IMG/VR virus record: IMGVR_UViG_2510065065_000004
Coordinates: 32,001 to 96,000 of that record
Direction: 5' to 3' (one strand)
Length of the DNA stretch: 64,000 nt
Origin: a virus
Lineage: Duplodnaviria > Caudoviricetes
Shown here: piece by piece, positions 36,557 through 46,601 of the stretch
How the letters are laid out: every line of letters begins with the position of its first letter
Numbering within the stretch: position 1 is the stretch's first letter
Program-made: the position numbers and the translations under genes
The notes under the pieces: generated by a model
Told to the model about the DNA's origin: nothing
The model's database searches: none
Seen by the model: the letters and a program-made list of their open reading frames with translations, nothing else

Positions 36557-37007
36557 TACACTGCGTCGCGTCGCAACACGTTTGCCCAGTGTGCGGCTGT
36601 TGATTGAGTACATGATGATTGGTGCGTTGGTGGCGTTGGTCGCGCATGCGGTGCTGGCGTGGTCCGAGCGCAGTCAATTAGCGCAGCGGGCGGCGCAGCT
36701 GGAAGGCCAGTTAGCGGCGGTGGAAAGCACGTTGGATGCGCAGGTCGCGATCAACATGGAGCAAGACGCTGCAATTGGACGGTTACGCACTTTACGGGAG
36801 ATTGACAGCCGCGCGATGTCGGGTTTGCAGTCTGATCTGAATCGGATCACGTTGCGCGACCGGGCATTGCGGCAGCGCATCACACATTTGGAGCAACACA
36901 GCGATGAGGCGAAAGCTTTTTTGGATATGGATGTGCCTGATGTGCTTGGGTGCTTGCTCGACGGCGGTTCCTGTCAAGCCAGTCACCCTCACGCAAAGCC
37001 GCGTTGA
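36546..37007 (+). CDS. i-spanin (Rz-like)
   Basis: N-terminal TM plus coiled coil, after the holin. Confidence 0.75.
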   Translation: MIVNTLRRVATRLPSVRLLIEYMMIGALVALVAHAVLAWSERSQLAQRAAQLEGQLAAVESTLDAQVAINMEQDAAIGRLRTLREIDSRAMSGLQSDLNRITLRDRALRQRITHLEQHSDEAKAFLDMDVPDVLGCLLDGGSCQASHPHAKPR

Positions 37008-37233
37008 AGTCATCGCACCGCCGCAGGTGTTGTTGCAGCCGTGTGAGGCGCCGGAGTTGCCGCGTGTAGAGACCGTCCGCGATGTGTTGAACCAGACATT
37101 GGGATGGCGTTTTGCCTATGAACAGTGTGCGGCGCAAGTGCGCTGTGTTGCGGCATGGGTGCAGGCGGCACGGAGGGGGCAGCCGTGGTTCTCAGATGGC
37201 TGCGGAATGGAAGACAGCGATACCTCACCGTGA
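36904..37233 (+). CDS. o-spanin lipoprotein (Rz1-like)
   Basis: Lipobox LGAC, PPQVLLQPC, overlaps Rz. Confidence 0.78.
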   Translation: MRRKLFWIWMCLMCLGACSTAVPVKPVTLTQSRVEVIAPPQVLLQPCEAPELPRVETVRDVLNQTLGWRFAYEQCAAQVRCVAAWVQAARRGQPWFSDGCGMEDSDTSP

Positions 37234-37308
37234 CCATGGTGTAGTGGCATCTGGTGGATGTGGAAGCGTCAAATGAGCGAATTTAGCTGCAATTTGACAG
37301 ATTTTCAT

Positions 37309-37352
37309 GGGTCCTTCCTGATGGGGGAGGCCTGCGGGGTCGAAACTCCGCG
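37309..37352 (+). other. Candidate lambda-like cos site
   Basis: cosQ-like GGGTCCT (37309-37315), then GCG-GGGTCGAAACTC-CGCG resembling lambda cosN, just upstream of terS. Confidence 0.6.
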
Positions 37353-37405
37353 AAGCTTCCATTGTGCGTGGCATTTTAATTCTCACTTGTTGTTTATATC
37401 GACCG

Positions 37406-37945
37406 ATGGTTTTACAAAAGCAACAAGGAAAACAGGTTAATCGTGCAGGCCTTTCGGAGATATTCGGTGTAGCGTTGCCGACGATCGATCAATGGGCACG
37501 TAACGGCTGCCCGGTCGTGAAACGCGGTGGGCGTGGGCGGGAATGGGCGTTTGACACGGCTGTAGTTGCCCGCTGGTTACGTGACAAAGCCGCAGAAGAA
37601 GCGGCGGGTGAAGCGGTGGCCGATATTGAAGAATGGAAGCGCCGTAAGATCGCCGCTGAAGCGCAACGTGAAGAGTTGCACTTGGCCGATGCAAAAAAGC
37701 AGGTTGCTCCTTTGGAGCAGGTGGAAAAGACATTGGCCCGCGTCTTTGCAGAAGTGCGTGCCAACCTGCGCACTATTCCAGGGCGGACCGTCGCCCTCCT
37801 ACTGGGTGAAACCGACGAGCGCCGCTACAAACGCGTGCTGCTGCAAGAAATTGATCAGACCTTAGAAAATCTCGCGTCCTTGGACCTGACCCAAGAAGAC
37901 ACGGACGCCGACGAAGACGAGGACGAGGAAACAGGCGATGTCTGA
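37406..37945 (+). CDS. Terminase small subunit (Nu1-like)
   Basis: VNRAGLSEIFGVALPTIDQWARNGCPV..FDTAVVARW. Confidence 0.9.
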   Translation: MVLQKQQGKQVNRAGLSEIFGVALPTIDQWARNGCPVVKRGGRGREWAFDTAVVARWLRDKAAEEAAGEAVADIEEWKRRKIAAEAQREELHLADAKKQVAPLEQVEKTLARVFAEVRANLRTIPGRTVALLLGETDERRYKRVLLQEIDQTLENLASLDLTQEDTDADEDEDEETGDV

Positions 37946-39890
37946 AACCTTTGGTTTAACCGCCCTAGAAAACCAAGAAGGCGTCGATCAGATGATCAGC
38001 AACGCCTTACAGATGCTGCGACCACCCCCAGCAATGAAGCCTTCCGAATGGGCACAGACACGCATCCGCATTCCTGAAGGCAACGCCATTCCTGGCCCCT
38101 TGCGCCTCGACAACGCCCCCTACCAACGCGAACCGATGGATATGCTGGTGGACCCGGACTGCTACCGCGTCACCCTGAAATGGGGCGCACAAGTCGGTAA
38201 AACCATGCTGGCCTTATGCGTACAAGGCTACTGCATCGAAATGGCCCCCCGCAGCCAAATGATGCTGCAACCCTCCCAAGGCGATTTACAAGCCTGGCTA
38301 GAAACCAAATTCTCCCCGCTGATTGCAGCCAACCAAGGATTGCAACACCTCATTGCAAAACCACGTGGTCGCGATGGCGTCAACAACCAGCGGATGAAAT
38401 CCTACCCTGGAGGATTTCTGATGTTTGCCTGGTCAGGCTCCCCAAAGACCATGCGCGGGCGCTCAGCTCCACTGATTGTGTGCGACGAAATCGACGGCTA
38501 CGAACGCACGGACGAAGGCCACCCGGTGAGCTTGTTGTGGCAGCGCGCCGCGACCTTTGGCGATGAACGGTTTCTTCTGGAGATCAGCACACCCACCATT
38601 GAAGGTGCCAGCTATATCGATGACGCCTACCGGGCCGGAGACCAGAGGCGATTTTATGTACGCTGCCCCGCCTGCGGATACGAACAAACCCTAGAATGGG
38701 AACACGTCAGCTGGGTTGGACGCCAAAGCGACCCCGACGCCGATTTGGCCGCTATCGACGCCCATCAACCGCACACTGCACGCTACGTCTGCCAAGGGTG
38801 CGGCGTATGCTGGGATGACGGCCAACGCATTGCAGCCGTTCGCCAAGCCCGCTGGCAGGCCAGCAAACCCTTTAACGGCCATGCCTCCTACGAACTGAAC
38901 GAACTCTACTCCACCTTCCGCCGCCAAAGCGCCATCGTTCAAGACTACCTGGACAAACTCAAACACCAGGACCTACAAACATTCACCAACGTCAGCCTGG
39001 CCCGCGTATGGAGCGAGACCGCCGAACAGGCCGACATTGACGACCTACTGCGCCGCCTTGAAACCTACCTTGCCGATGTTCCTATGGGCGGCGTCTTTCT
39101 CACTGCGGGCATCGACATGCAAACCGACCGCCTTGAAGTGGAAATTGTCGCATGGGGCATTGACGAAGAATCCTGGTCCATCCATACCGCCGTTCTCTAC
39201 GGCGATCCCCTCTTAGGCGACGTCTGGGACGCACTGGACCGCTACCTCTCTACCACCTGGCAGCATGAAAGCGGCCTACGTCTATCCATCCAGGCTGCCT
39301 GCTTAGATACCGGAGGCACCTCCGGCTACACCCAAGCCGCTTACCAATACCTGCGTACCAGGACAGGCAGACGCCTCTTTGGCATTAAAGGCGTTGGCGG
39401 CTGGGGCCGTCCCATCGTAGATAAAGCACAACGCAAACATTCCGGACGCAACGCACCCAGAATCAACCTCTTTACCGTTGGCGTGGACGAAGCAAAATTA
39501 ATTGTGATGCGCCGCCTTGCCATCACCCAGCCTGGTCCAGGCTACTCCCATTTCCCCGCAGACCGTTCCCCTGACTGGTTTGCCCAACTGACCGCTGAGA
39601 AATTGCGTACCCGCTACCTCAAAGGCCAGCCCATACGCCAATGGACCAAACCCGACAAAACCCCCAACGAAGCATTGGATTGCCGCGTCTACGCCTACGC
39701 CGCCCTCAAAATCATCAACCCGCATCTACCCCATGAGGCCAAGCGTATTAAGGACGCCGCCGCCTTATTGCCCGAGGAAAAACCGCCACAGGACCCCACC
39801 CCAGAAGTGCAACACCATACCCCTCAATTCCGCCCCCAACGCCCCCGGTACCCCTTAAAAAGCCGGAGAACATGGGCTAACGACTGGTGA
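37938..39890 (+). CDS. Terminase large subunit (GpA family)
   Basis: AQVGKT, DEIDGY, ISTPT, AGIDMQ, NEALDC. Confidence 0.93.
   Translation: MSETFGLTALENQEGVDQMISNALQMLRPPPAMKPSEWAQTRIRIPEGNAIPGPLRLDNAPYQREPMDMLVDPDCYRVTLKWGAQVGKTMLALCVQGYCIEMAPRSQMMLQPSQGDLQAWLETKFSPLIAANQGLQHLIAKPRGRDGVNNQRMKSYPGGFLMFAWSGSPKTMRGRSAPLIVCDEIDGYERTDEGHPVSLLWQRAATFGDERFLLEISTPTIEGASYIDDAYRAGDQRRFYVRCPACGYEQTLEWEHVSWVGRQSDPDADLAAIDAHQPHTARYVCQGCGVCWDDGQRIAAVRQARWQASKPFNGHASYELNELYSTFRRQSAIVQDYLDKLKHQDLQTFTNVSLARVWSETAEQADIDDLLRRLETYLADVPMGGVFLTAGIDMQTDRLEVEIVAWGIDEESWSIHTAVLYGDPLLGDVWDALDRYLSTTWQHESGLRLSIQAACLDTGGTSGYTQAAYQYLRTRTGRRLFGIKGVGGWGRPIVDKAQRKHSGRNAPRINLFTVGVDEAKLIVMRRLAITQPGPGYSHFPADRSPDWFAQLTAEKLRTRYLKGQPIRQWTKPDKTPNEALDCRVYAYAALKIINPHLPHEAKRIKDAAALLPEEKPPQDPTPEVQHHTPQFRPQRPRYPLKSRRTWANDW
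39776..39818 (+). promoter_or_regulatory. Late promoter motif copy 2 (head genes)
   Basis: GGAAAAACCGCCACAGGAC-N18-CACCAT. Confidence 0.6.
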
Positions 39891-39893
39891 CCC

Positions 39894-40445
39894 ATGACAT
39901 TCCGGCACACCTGCCCAACATTCCCTGCCAAAATCAACGCTGGATGCTCATTACAGATCGCCTTTACACTCAAAGACTACCCCTGGCCCGACTGGACACT
40001 CCATTGCCTGCTGCGTGGTCCGGCATCACTGGACCTCATCGCCCAGGGTGAAAACACCACCCACCGCTTCGACATCCCCGCTGCGGACACTGCACAGTGG
40101 ACACCCGGCGATTACCTCTACCAACTGCGTGCAGCACACAGCCCCCACACCATCGAACTAAAACGTGGCACATTCCGTGTGGAACCGGACTTCGCATCGC
40201 TGCCCCAAGGCTATGACGGACGCAGCGACAACCAACGCGCCTTAGATGCCATCAACGCCGTCCTGCAAAAACGCGCCACCCAGGACCAACAGCGCTACCG
40301 CATCAACAACCGCGAACTGTGGCGCACCCCCATCGCCGAATTACTGAAACTACGCACCTTTTACGCCGTTGCCGTACAGCGCGAAACACCCACCGACACC
40401 CCCCGCAGCTGGGGGAACATCGTCCCTGTGAGGTTTGCAGGATGA
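39894..40445 (+). CDS. Head-tail joining (gpW-like) protein with N-terminal extension
   Basis: LDAINAVL..YRINNRELWR..ELLKLR, between terL and portal. Confidence 0.65.
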   Translation: MTFRHTCPTFPAKINAGCSLQIAFTLKDYPWPDWTLHCLLRGPASLDLIAQGENTTHRFDIPAADTAQWTPGDYLYQLRAAHSPHTIELKRGTFRVEPDFASLPQGYDGRSDNQRALDAINAVLQKRATQDQQRYRINNRELWRTPIAELLKLRTFYAVAVQRETPTDTPRSWGNIVPVRFAG

Positions 40446-42040
40446 ACCTCTGGACATGGTGGGCACAGCGCACAGCCCATCCAGATCATCCCACCCCAGA
40501 CACGGCAACACCCCAGCCAAACCACCCCCCGCGGCGCTGGTATCAGCGCCTGCTGCCCCTAGGCGGCATGTTCAAAGCCGGACAAGTGGATGCCAATGAC
40601 CTGTGGAGCAGCATCCCCGTCTCCCCGGACGAATACATCACCCAACGTCTTCCCATCCTGGTCGCGCGCATGCGCGAACAATGGTCCAACAACGACCATG
40701 TCAAACGGTACATTGACCTATGCCGCCGTAACATTGTGGGTCCTCGCGGCATCGTCATGCAGGCCCAAAGCAGAAAATCGCGCAGCGGTGCCCTGGACAC
40801 CGCCATCAACGACGCCATTGAAACCTGGTGGCAAGACTGGGGCCGCAAAGGCCATTGTGACGTCACCGGAAAATTATCATGGCGTGAAATCCAGACTCTC
40901 TGCGTCGAGACCTGCGCCCGTGATGGAGAGTGTATTGCCCGAAAAATTTATGGCACACACGCCGGACCGCATGGCTTTTGCTTACAACTGATTGACCCCT
41001 TGCGCCTGCCGGTGCGCTACCAAATGCTGAAAACAGACCAGACCGGCGGATTTGTCCGGCAAGGCATCGAATTTAACCGATTCGGAAAACCACTGGCCTA
41101 TCACTTCAGCTCCATTGACGAACGTGACGCCTACTACTACAGCATCAATGGACGAGGCTACGTCCGCGTGCCCGCTGAGGAAGTCATCCACATTTTCAAA
41201 CCCGTGATGGTGGGGCAACGCCGCGGCCTGCCTTGGGCCGCCACCTCCCTACTGCGTCTGCACCATTTACAAGGCTTTGAAGAAGCCGCCGTACAAAATG
41301 CACGCGCCGCCGCCAGCAAAATGGGCTTTGTCCACTACCCTGAGGGCTATGGACCGCGCGCCGACGAACAGGAAAACGTTGCTCAAACCATCCAGATGAA
41401 CGCCGGACCCTTAGCCATCCACGAACTCCCCCACGGCGCAGCATTTCAAGACTGGAACCCCCAATACCCCTCAGGGGAATTTGGCTTATTCACCAAAGCC
41501 GCCAAACAAAGCTTGGCCGCGGGCATGGATGTCTCCTACCACGCCCTCTCCGGCGATCTGGCGGACGTCAACTACTCCAGCATCCGCCAAGGCACATTGG
41601 ATGAACGCGAACGCTGGAAAGAAGACCAGCAATTTTTTATCGAATCCCTCCACACCCCTGTTTTTGAAGCGGCCTTGAAAGTGGCATTGCTGAGCGGACA
41701 GATTCGCGTCCATGGCAAACCACTGCCTGCCGAGCACTACGACCGATACCGCCGCGTTTCATGGCAAGGCCGCCGCTGGGCCTGGGTTGATCCCCGCGCC
41801 GACGTTGAAAGCGCACTGACCTGCATCCGTGGCGGCCTGACCTCCACCAGCCAAGTGATCCTGGAACAAGGCCGCGACCCCCAGGACGTCTTTCGCGAAA
41901 TCGCCCAGGACCTGAAAGAAATGCAAGCCTCCGGCATCCCCAACGACTACCTCAAGTACCTGCTGTATGGCGCAGACCTCACTGTCGCCAACGCCACACC
42001 GACCGAGAAGGAACCCACCCCCCATGAACACAGCCACTGA
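40442..42040 (+). CDS. Lambda-family portal protein
   Basis: GIEFNRFGKP, VIHIF..GQRRGLP, LSGDLADVNYSSIR, WVDP. Confidence 0.92.
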   Translation: MNLWTWWAQRTAHPDHPTPDTATPQPNHPPRRWYQRLLPLGGMFKAGQVDANDLWSSIPVSPDEYITQRLPILVARMREQWSNNDHVKRYIDLCRRNIVGPRGIVMQAQSRKSRSGALDTAINDAIETWWQDWGRKGHCDVTGKLSWREIQTLCVETCARDGECIARKIYGTHAGPHGFCLQLIDPLRLPVRYQMLKTDQTGGFVRQGIEFNRFGKPLAYHFSSIDERDAYYYSINGRGYVRVPAEEVIHIFKPVMVGQRRGLPWAATSLLRLHHLQGFEEAAVQNARAAASKMGFVHYPEGYGPRADEQENVAQTIQMNAGPLAIHELPHGAAFQDWNPQYPSGEFGLFTKAAKQSLAAGMDVSYHALSGDLADVNYSSIRQGTLDERERWKEDQQFFIESLHTPVFEAALKVALLSGQIRVHGKPLPAEHYDRYRRVSWQGRRWAWVDPRADVESALTCIRGGLTSTSQVILEQGRDPQDVFREIAQDLKEMQASGIPNDYLKYLLYGADLTVANATPTEKEPTPHEHSH

Positions 42041-43904
42041 GGTAGTACGGGACCTTCGCAAAGGCGGCACCCAGTACCGCCATGCCGACGTCCTGTCGAT
42101 AGACGCACCCGCCCGAACCCTTGAACTTGCATTTAGCAGCGAATCAGCAGAAGTAAAGACATGGTCAGGCGTGGAGATTCTCGGCCACCGCCCCGGCGAA
42201 GTGCGCCTGCACCGTCTTGACAACGGTGCCGCCTTACTCCTGGACCACAACCCGCGCGATCAGATTGGCGTTGTCGAATCGGCCTCTATTGACAGCGACC
42301 AACGCGGACGCGCCATCGTGCGCTTCGGGCGCAGTCCACGTGCTGAAGAAATCTTACGAGATGTCCTGGACGGCATCCGTAAACACGTCTCAGTGGGCTA
42401 TTTGGTGCATCAAGTCGAAGTGATCGGTCAACGCGACACAGGCCCCCTATACCGCGCCACGGACTGGGAGCCCATTGAAATCTCCATTGTCAGCATCCCT
42501 GCCGACCCTTCCGTCGGCATCGGGCGCGCCTTGGAAAATCCGCCACAGGACACCCCAGCCGCCGCACCACACACTCCATGCACCCCTGAGGATCAACCCA
42601 TGACGGAACCATCACCCCCCACCCATGCCGACACCACCAGCACGCCCCCGCCGACATCCAACGATACCGGCACCCTCAACGGCGTCGATGCCGAGCGGAC
42701 CCGTGTCAGACACATTGCGGACCTTGGCAAAACCTACGGGCACTTGGAACTAGCGCATGACTACATTACCCAAGGCCACTCACCGGAAGCATTCCAGCGC
42801 GCTTTATTGACAAAACTGACGGACAAAGCATCCATGCCCCAATCCGAACCACAGACCGACACTGACACCGGCATCGGCCTGTCCACACAAGAAATACGGC
42901 ACTACAGCATCGTCCGCGCGGTTCGCGCGTTATTACCTAATGCCAGCCAGACCGACCGTAACGCTGCGGCCTTTGAGATTGCCTGCTCCGCTGCCGCAGA
43001 AAAAACCTACGGCAAACAGGCGCGCGGCCTACTGATCCCCTCGGACGTCCTGAACCGCGCCTTCTCCACCACCACCCCGGCGGACGGCCCCGGCGGCAAC
43101 ATCATTGCCACCGAACTGCACGCCTCCTCCTTTATCGAAATCCTGCGTAATAAAACCTGGGTCATGCAGCGCGCTACCGTGATGGGCGGCCTGGTGGGCA
43201 ACGTCGATATTCCTAGGCAGAAAGGCACCACCCAAGCCTACTGGGTGGGGGAAGGCGACTCACCGGAAAAAAGCAAACCGGCCCTGGACCAAATCCACTT
43301 CACCCCCAAATCCCTGGCCGCCTATACCGACATCACCCGGCGTCTGCTCTTGCAATCCACCCCGGATGCCGAACAAATTGTCCGCAGCGACCTCCTGAAC
43401 GTCATGGCCCTGGAAGTGGACCGTGCCGCCATCTACGGCAGCGGCTCGGATATGCAACCCACAGGTGTTAAACATCACAGCGGCATTAACGCCGTGTCCT
43501 TTGCACAAAAAGGGCAACCCACATTTGCTGAACTTGTCCAGATGGAAACGCAAATTGCACTGAACAACGCAGATGTGAACGCCATGTCCTACGCCTTCAA
43601 TGCGGGCATACGTGGCTACGCCAAAACGGCCTTGAAGTTTCCCCAGACCGCCGCCAGCGGCACGATTTGGGAATCCGGCAACACCGTCAACGGCTACCCG
43701 GCCAGCGTGTCCAACCAGATTAAGGCCGGTGATGTGTTCTTTGGAAACTGGGCCGATCTCATCATTGCCATGTGGGGAGGCTTAGATATCACCGTCGACC
43801 CCTACAGCCTCAGCACCAGCGGCGGCACCCGGATTGTCGTGTTCCAAGACGTCGACTTTAACATCCGTCGTACCGAAAGCTTCTGCTACGGCGCAGCCGC
43901 CTGA
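42024..43904 (+). CDS. Prohead protease-major capsid fusion (HK97 fold)
   Basis: LLLDHN, VSVGY, EISIVSIPAD protease; AYWVGEG, FFGNW capsid. Confidence 0.9.
   Translation: MNTATEVVRDLRKGGTQYRHADVLSIDAPARTLELAFSSESAEVKTWSGVEILGHRPGEVRLHRLDNGAALLLDHNPRDQIGVVESASIDSDQRGRAIVRFGRSPRAEEILRDVLDGIRKHVSVGYLVHQVEVIGQRDTGPLYRATDWEPIEISIVSIPADPSVGIGRALENPPQDTPAAAPHTPCTPEDQPMTEPSPPTHADTTSTPPPTSNDTGTLNGVDAERTRVRHIADLGKTYGHLELAHDYITQGHSPEAFQRALLTKLTDKASMPQSEPQTDTDTGIGLSTQEIRHYSIVRAVRALLPNASQTDRNAAAFEIACSAAAEKTYGKQARGLLIPSDVLNRAFSTTTPADGPGGNIIATELHASSFIEILRNKTWVMQRATVMGGLVGNVDIPRQKGTTQAYWVGEGDSPEKSKPALDQIHFTPKSLAAYTDITRRLLLQSTPDAEQIVRSDLLNVMALEVDRAAIYGSGSDMQPTGVKHHSGINAVSFAQKGQPTFAELVQMETQIALNNADVNAMSYAFNAGIRGYAKTALKFPQTAASGTIWESGNTVNGYPASVSNQIKAGDVFFGNWADLIIAMWGGLDITVDPYSLSTSGGTRIVVFQDVDFNIRRTESFCYGAAA
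42533..42602 (+). promoter_or_regulatory. Late promoter motif copy 3 plus internal RBS/ATG for capsid
   Basis: GGAAAATCCGCCACAGGAC-N18-CACACT; GAGGA at 42588; in-frame ATG at 42600. Confidence 0.6.
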
Positions 43905-43921
43905 CCCTTAAGGAACACACC

Positions 43922-44182
43922 ATGTCGACGACGACAAACACCCTCAAAATCAGCGCTGCGGTGGTGATCCAAGGCCTGATTTACCGCCCTGGCACAATCG
44001 TCCAGGTCCCTACGGCACTGGCGCACGATTTAATGCGCCGTGGCCGTGCTGAGCTTGCCGGTGATGCCGATGGCCCCGTGGGGGTGATCATCGACCCACC
44101 CAGCGGCGAAACGCCCACGCCCAACACGTTGACCCGTACAGAAACCAATGAGAAGCCATCCCAACGCGGCGGTCGCCGTTGA
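43922..44182 (+). CDS. Small head-associated protein
   Basis: 86 aa after capsid, RBS AAGGA. Confidence 0.6.
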   Translation: MSTTTNTLKISAAVVIQGLIYRPGTIVQVPTALAHDLMRRGRAELAGDADGPVGVIIDPPSGETPTPNTLTRTETNEKPSQRGGRR

Positions 44183-44505
44183 TGCACCACCCCTGCTGGG
44201 ACGATCTAGACGCCTTCCTAGAAACCGATGATTTTGCCGTGACAGCCCAGTTGCACTCGGAGAAAACGGGGCGCGTCCATGAATGCACCATTGTGTTTGA
44301 CGCGACCTACATTGATGCGGACATCGGCGACTACAGAATGAACGCCCCGGAACCCTCCTTTACCTGCAAAGAGACCGATGTTATGGGCTTCAAAAAACAT
44401 GACGACGCCCGCATTGAAGATCGCCACTACCGCCTCACCCACGACCCACAACCGGATGGAACCGGCATGGCCCTCGTGCGGCTGGCCCCGATGGTGCCCC
44501 CATGA
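44179..44505 (+). CDS. Head-tail joining protein
   Basis: DDFAVTA, PDGTGMALVRL C-terminus. Confidence 0.7.
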   Translation: MMHHPCWDDLDAFLETDDFAVTAQLHSEKTGRVHECTIVFDATYIDADIGDYRMNAPEPSFTCKETDVMGFKKHDDARIEDRHYRLTHDPQPDGTGMALVRLAPMVPP

Positions 44506-45023
44506 TTGGCGTCCACATCCACACCCACAGCCTCACTGCCATCGCCCAGGCACTCAATGCCACGGAAACCCAGATGCAACAGGCCCTACGTTCGGCCAGC
44601 ATCAAAATGGCGGCCTGGCTGCGTACCCGCTCCGTGCGTGGGCTGAGCGATGCATTGCAACTCCAACAAAAGATCGTGCGCCGCCGCCTGCGCACCTATC
44701 GACAACGCGACCAGATGAAAGTGTGGTACGGCCTGAACCCCGTCCCCCTCCTATGGCTGAACCCCAAAGCCACCGCTAGCGGCGTCAGCGCCCTTGGCGG
44801 GCGTCAGATCAAAGGCGCATTCATCGCCACAGTGCGCGGCAAACGGCAGGTACTCAAACGCCTGGGCCGCGCCCGCTACCCCGTGGCCGTTCAAACAGCC
44901 GACATTTACGCCCCCTCCATCACCTATATTGAAAACGGCCTTCTTGACACAGCCTCCTTTGAAGCACGCTTTTACACCCTGTTTGAGCACGAACTGCAAT
45001 GGCGGACACGCACACCGACATAA
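44502..45023 (+). CDS. Minor tail protein Z-like
   Basis: KGAFIA..KRLGRARYPV..FEHEL. Confidence 0.65.
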   Translation: MIGVHIHTHSLTAIAQALNATETQMQQALRSASIKMAAWLRTRSVRGLSDALQLQQKIVRRRLRTYRQRDQMKVWYGLNPVPLLWLNPKATASGVSALGGRQIKGAFIATVRGKRQVLKRLGRARYPVAVQTADIYAPSITYIENGLLDTASFEARFYTLFEHELQWRTRTPT

Positions 45024-45541
45024 GCCTAGACGCCCTGCATACCGCCATCCGCGACCAAATTGCAGCGCAATTCCCAGACCTGGCCACCGTGACCTTTTAC
45101 CAGGACGATGAAGACCACCAATTGCCCATGCCCGCCTGTTTACTGACCCTGAGCGAGATCGAACCCGCCCCAGAAAACGATGCAGGCACCGGACAATTCC
45201 CCGCCCTGCTGCGTTTTCAGGCACGGCTTGTCCTAGGGCACCGCGGCCCCACCACCCACCTACAAGCACGTCTGGCCGCCGCCGCCCTTGGCACCTGGCT
45301 GTACCAGCGCCGCTGGCGTGGCGTACCGACCGATCCGTGCCGCGTGATTGCCATCTACCCAGACGAATTTAACGCCGAATTAGATCGATACGTCGTCTGG
45401 ACCGTGGAATGGCAGCAGCCCGTCTTTCTTGGTAACAGCGCCTGGACCCATGCAGGCACCCTACCCACCCACCTATGGCTGTCCTTCACACCGCAGACCG
45501 GCCCCTCCTTCCAAGACAACTACAACCAGATCGCCCCGTGA
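44999..45541 (+). CDS. Tail terminator/completion protein
   Basis: LHTAIRDQI, PACLL, WTVEWQQ. Confidence 0.65.
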   Translation: MADTHTDISLDALHTAIRDQIAAQFPDLATVTFYQDDEDHQLPMPACLLTLSEIEPAPENDAGTGQFPALLRFQARLVLGHRGPTTHLQARLAAAALGTWLYQRRWRGVPTDPCRVIAIYPDEFNAELDRYVVWTVEWQQPVFLGNSAWTHAGTLPTHLWLSFTPQTGPSFQDNYNQIAP

Positions 45542-46125
45542 GACAGACACTCAACGAACACACCCGCCAATTAGCGCACCTGATCCTTCAAGGGACCGTC
45601 GCCGAACTGGACCCTGCGACCGCCTGCGTGCGGATTGAAGCCGGAGAACTGCTCACCGGCTGGCTGCCGGTGATGGCCTCACGTGCCGGAGCCGACCGCT
45701 CCTGGTGGCTGCCGCACCTGGGCGAACAAGTCATTGCACTGTGCCCCAATGGGGATTCAGCACTGGGCATCGTCTTGCCTGGCAGCCTCTACCAAGAAAC
45801 CTTCCCCGCGCCCAGCAGCACCGCCCACCAGCCCTGCCTGTTGTTTGGCGACGGAACCCGCATCACCTACGACCGCCAAGCCCACGCCCTGACCGTGGAT
45901 GCCTCCGCCGCATCCGGCACCGTCACCCTGATCTGCGCCACCGCCACCCTCACCGCTAGCGACCGCCTCACCTTGGACACGCCTAGCCTCCACCTCACCG
46001 GCAACCTCACCGTAGACGGCACCATTCACGCACAAGGCGACATCACCGCCGCAGGCATTGGCCTACAACGTCACCACCATACGGCCCAAGGACCCAATGC
46101 ACCCACCACCCCAGCGCAGGGGTAG
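45538..46125 (+). CDS. Baseplate spike (P2 gpV)
   Basis: LTGWLP..RAG..P.LGEQV; HHH metal tip. Confidence 0.88.
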   Translation: MRQTLNEHTRQLAHLILQGTVAELDPATACVRIEAGELLTGWLPVMASRAGADRSWWLPHLGEQVIALCPNGDSALGIVLPGSLYQETFPAPSSTAHQPCLLFGDGTRITYDRQAHALTVDASAASGTVTLICATATLTASDRLTLDTPSLHLTGNLTVDGTIHAQGDITAAGIGLQRHHHTAQGPNAPTTPAQG

Positions 46126-46193
46126 GCGTTCGAACAAAAGCGAACGTGAGGCGATCACGACCATTGACTGTTCAAGCCAGTACCTTTTAACGG

Positions 46194-46601
46194 TTAGAAA
46201 CTCTTCACTTCGTTGAGCAAATCGGGGTGGCGATCCAGAAGCTTGAATAACTTAACCAAAGACAGCGGCGGCTTGGTTTTACCGTTCTCGTAACGTGAGA
46301 AAGCATTAACACCACCACCGAACAGTTCGGCAGCTTGCCGCTGGTCGAGATCAAGCTTCCGGCGTACCTTGGTAATGTAACCAGGATCGACGTAGGCCGA
46401 ATTCACCTGACGTTGGAACAAGCCGACCAATTCGCTGTAACGATCACCATGTTCACGGTCCAAGACGACTTCGCCACACGCCGGGCAGAAGTCGCCGGTC
46501 ACCGTTGGGATACTAGTAGTTTCGCTCTTATAGGTGTAAAGCATGTCGCGCGTGTCGTGGATCAGTTCTGCCGCGCCGCAGCATGGACATCTCATGGTCA
46601 T
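46194..46601 (-). CDS. mqsA: MqsA antitoxin (Zn finger plus HTH)
   Basis: CPCC..CPACGE; FGGGVNAFSRYENGK. Confidence 0.92.
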   Translation of the reverse strand: MTMRCPCCGAAELIHDTRDMLYTYKSETTSIPTVTGDFCPACGEVVLDREHGDRYSELVGLFQRQVNSAYVDPGYITKVRRKLDLDQRQAAELFGGGVNAFSRYENGKTKPPLSLVKLFKLLDRHPDLLNEVKSF

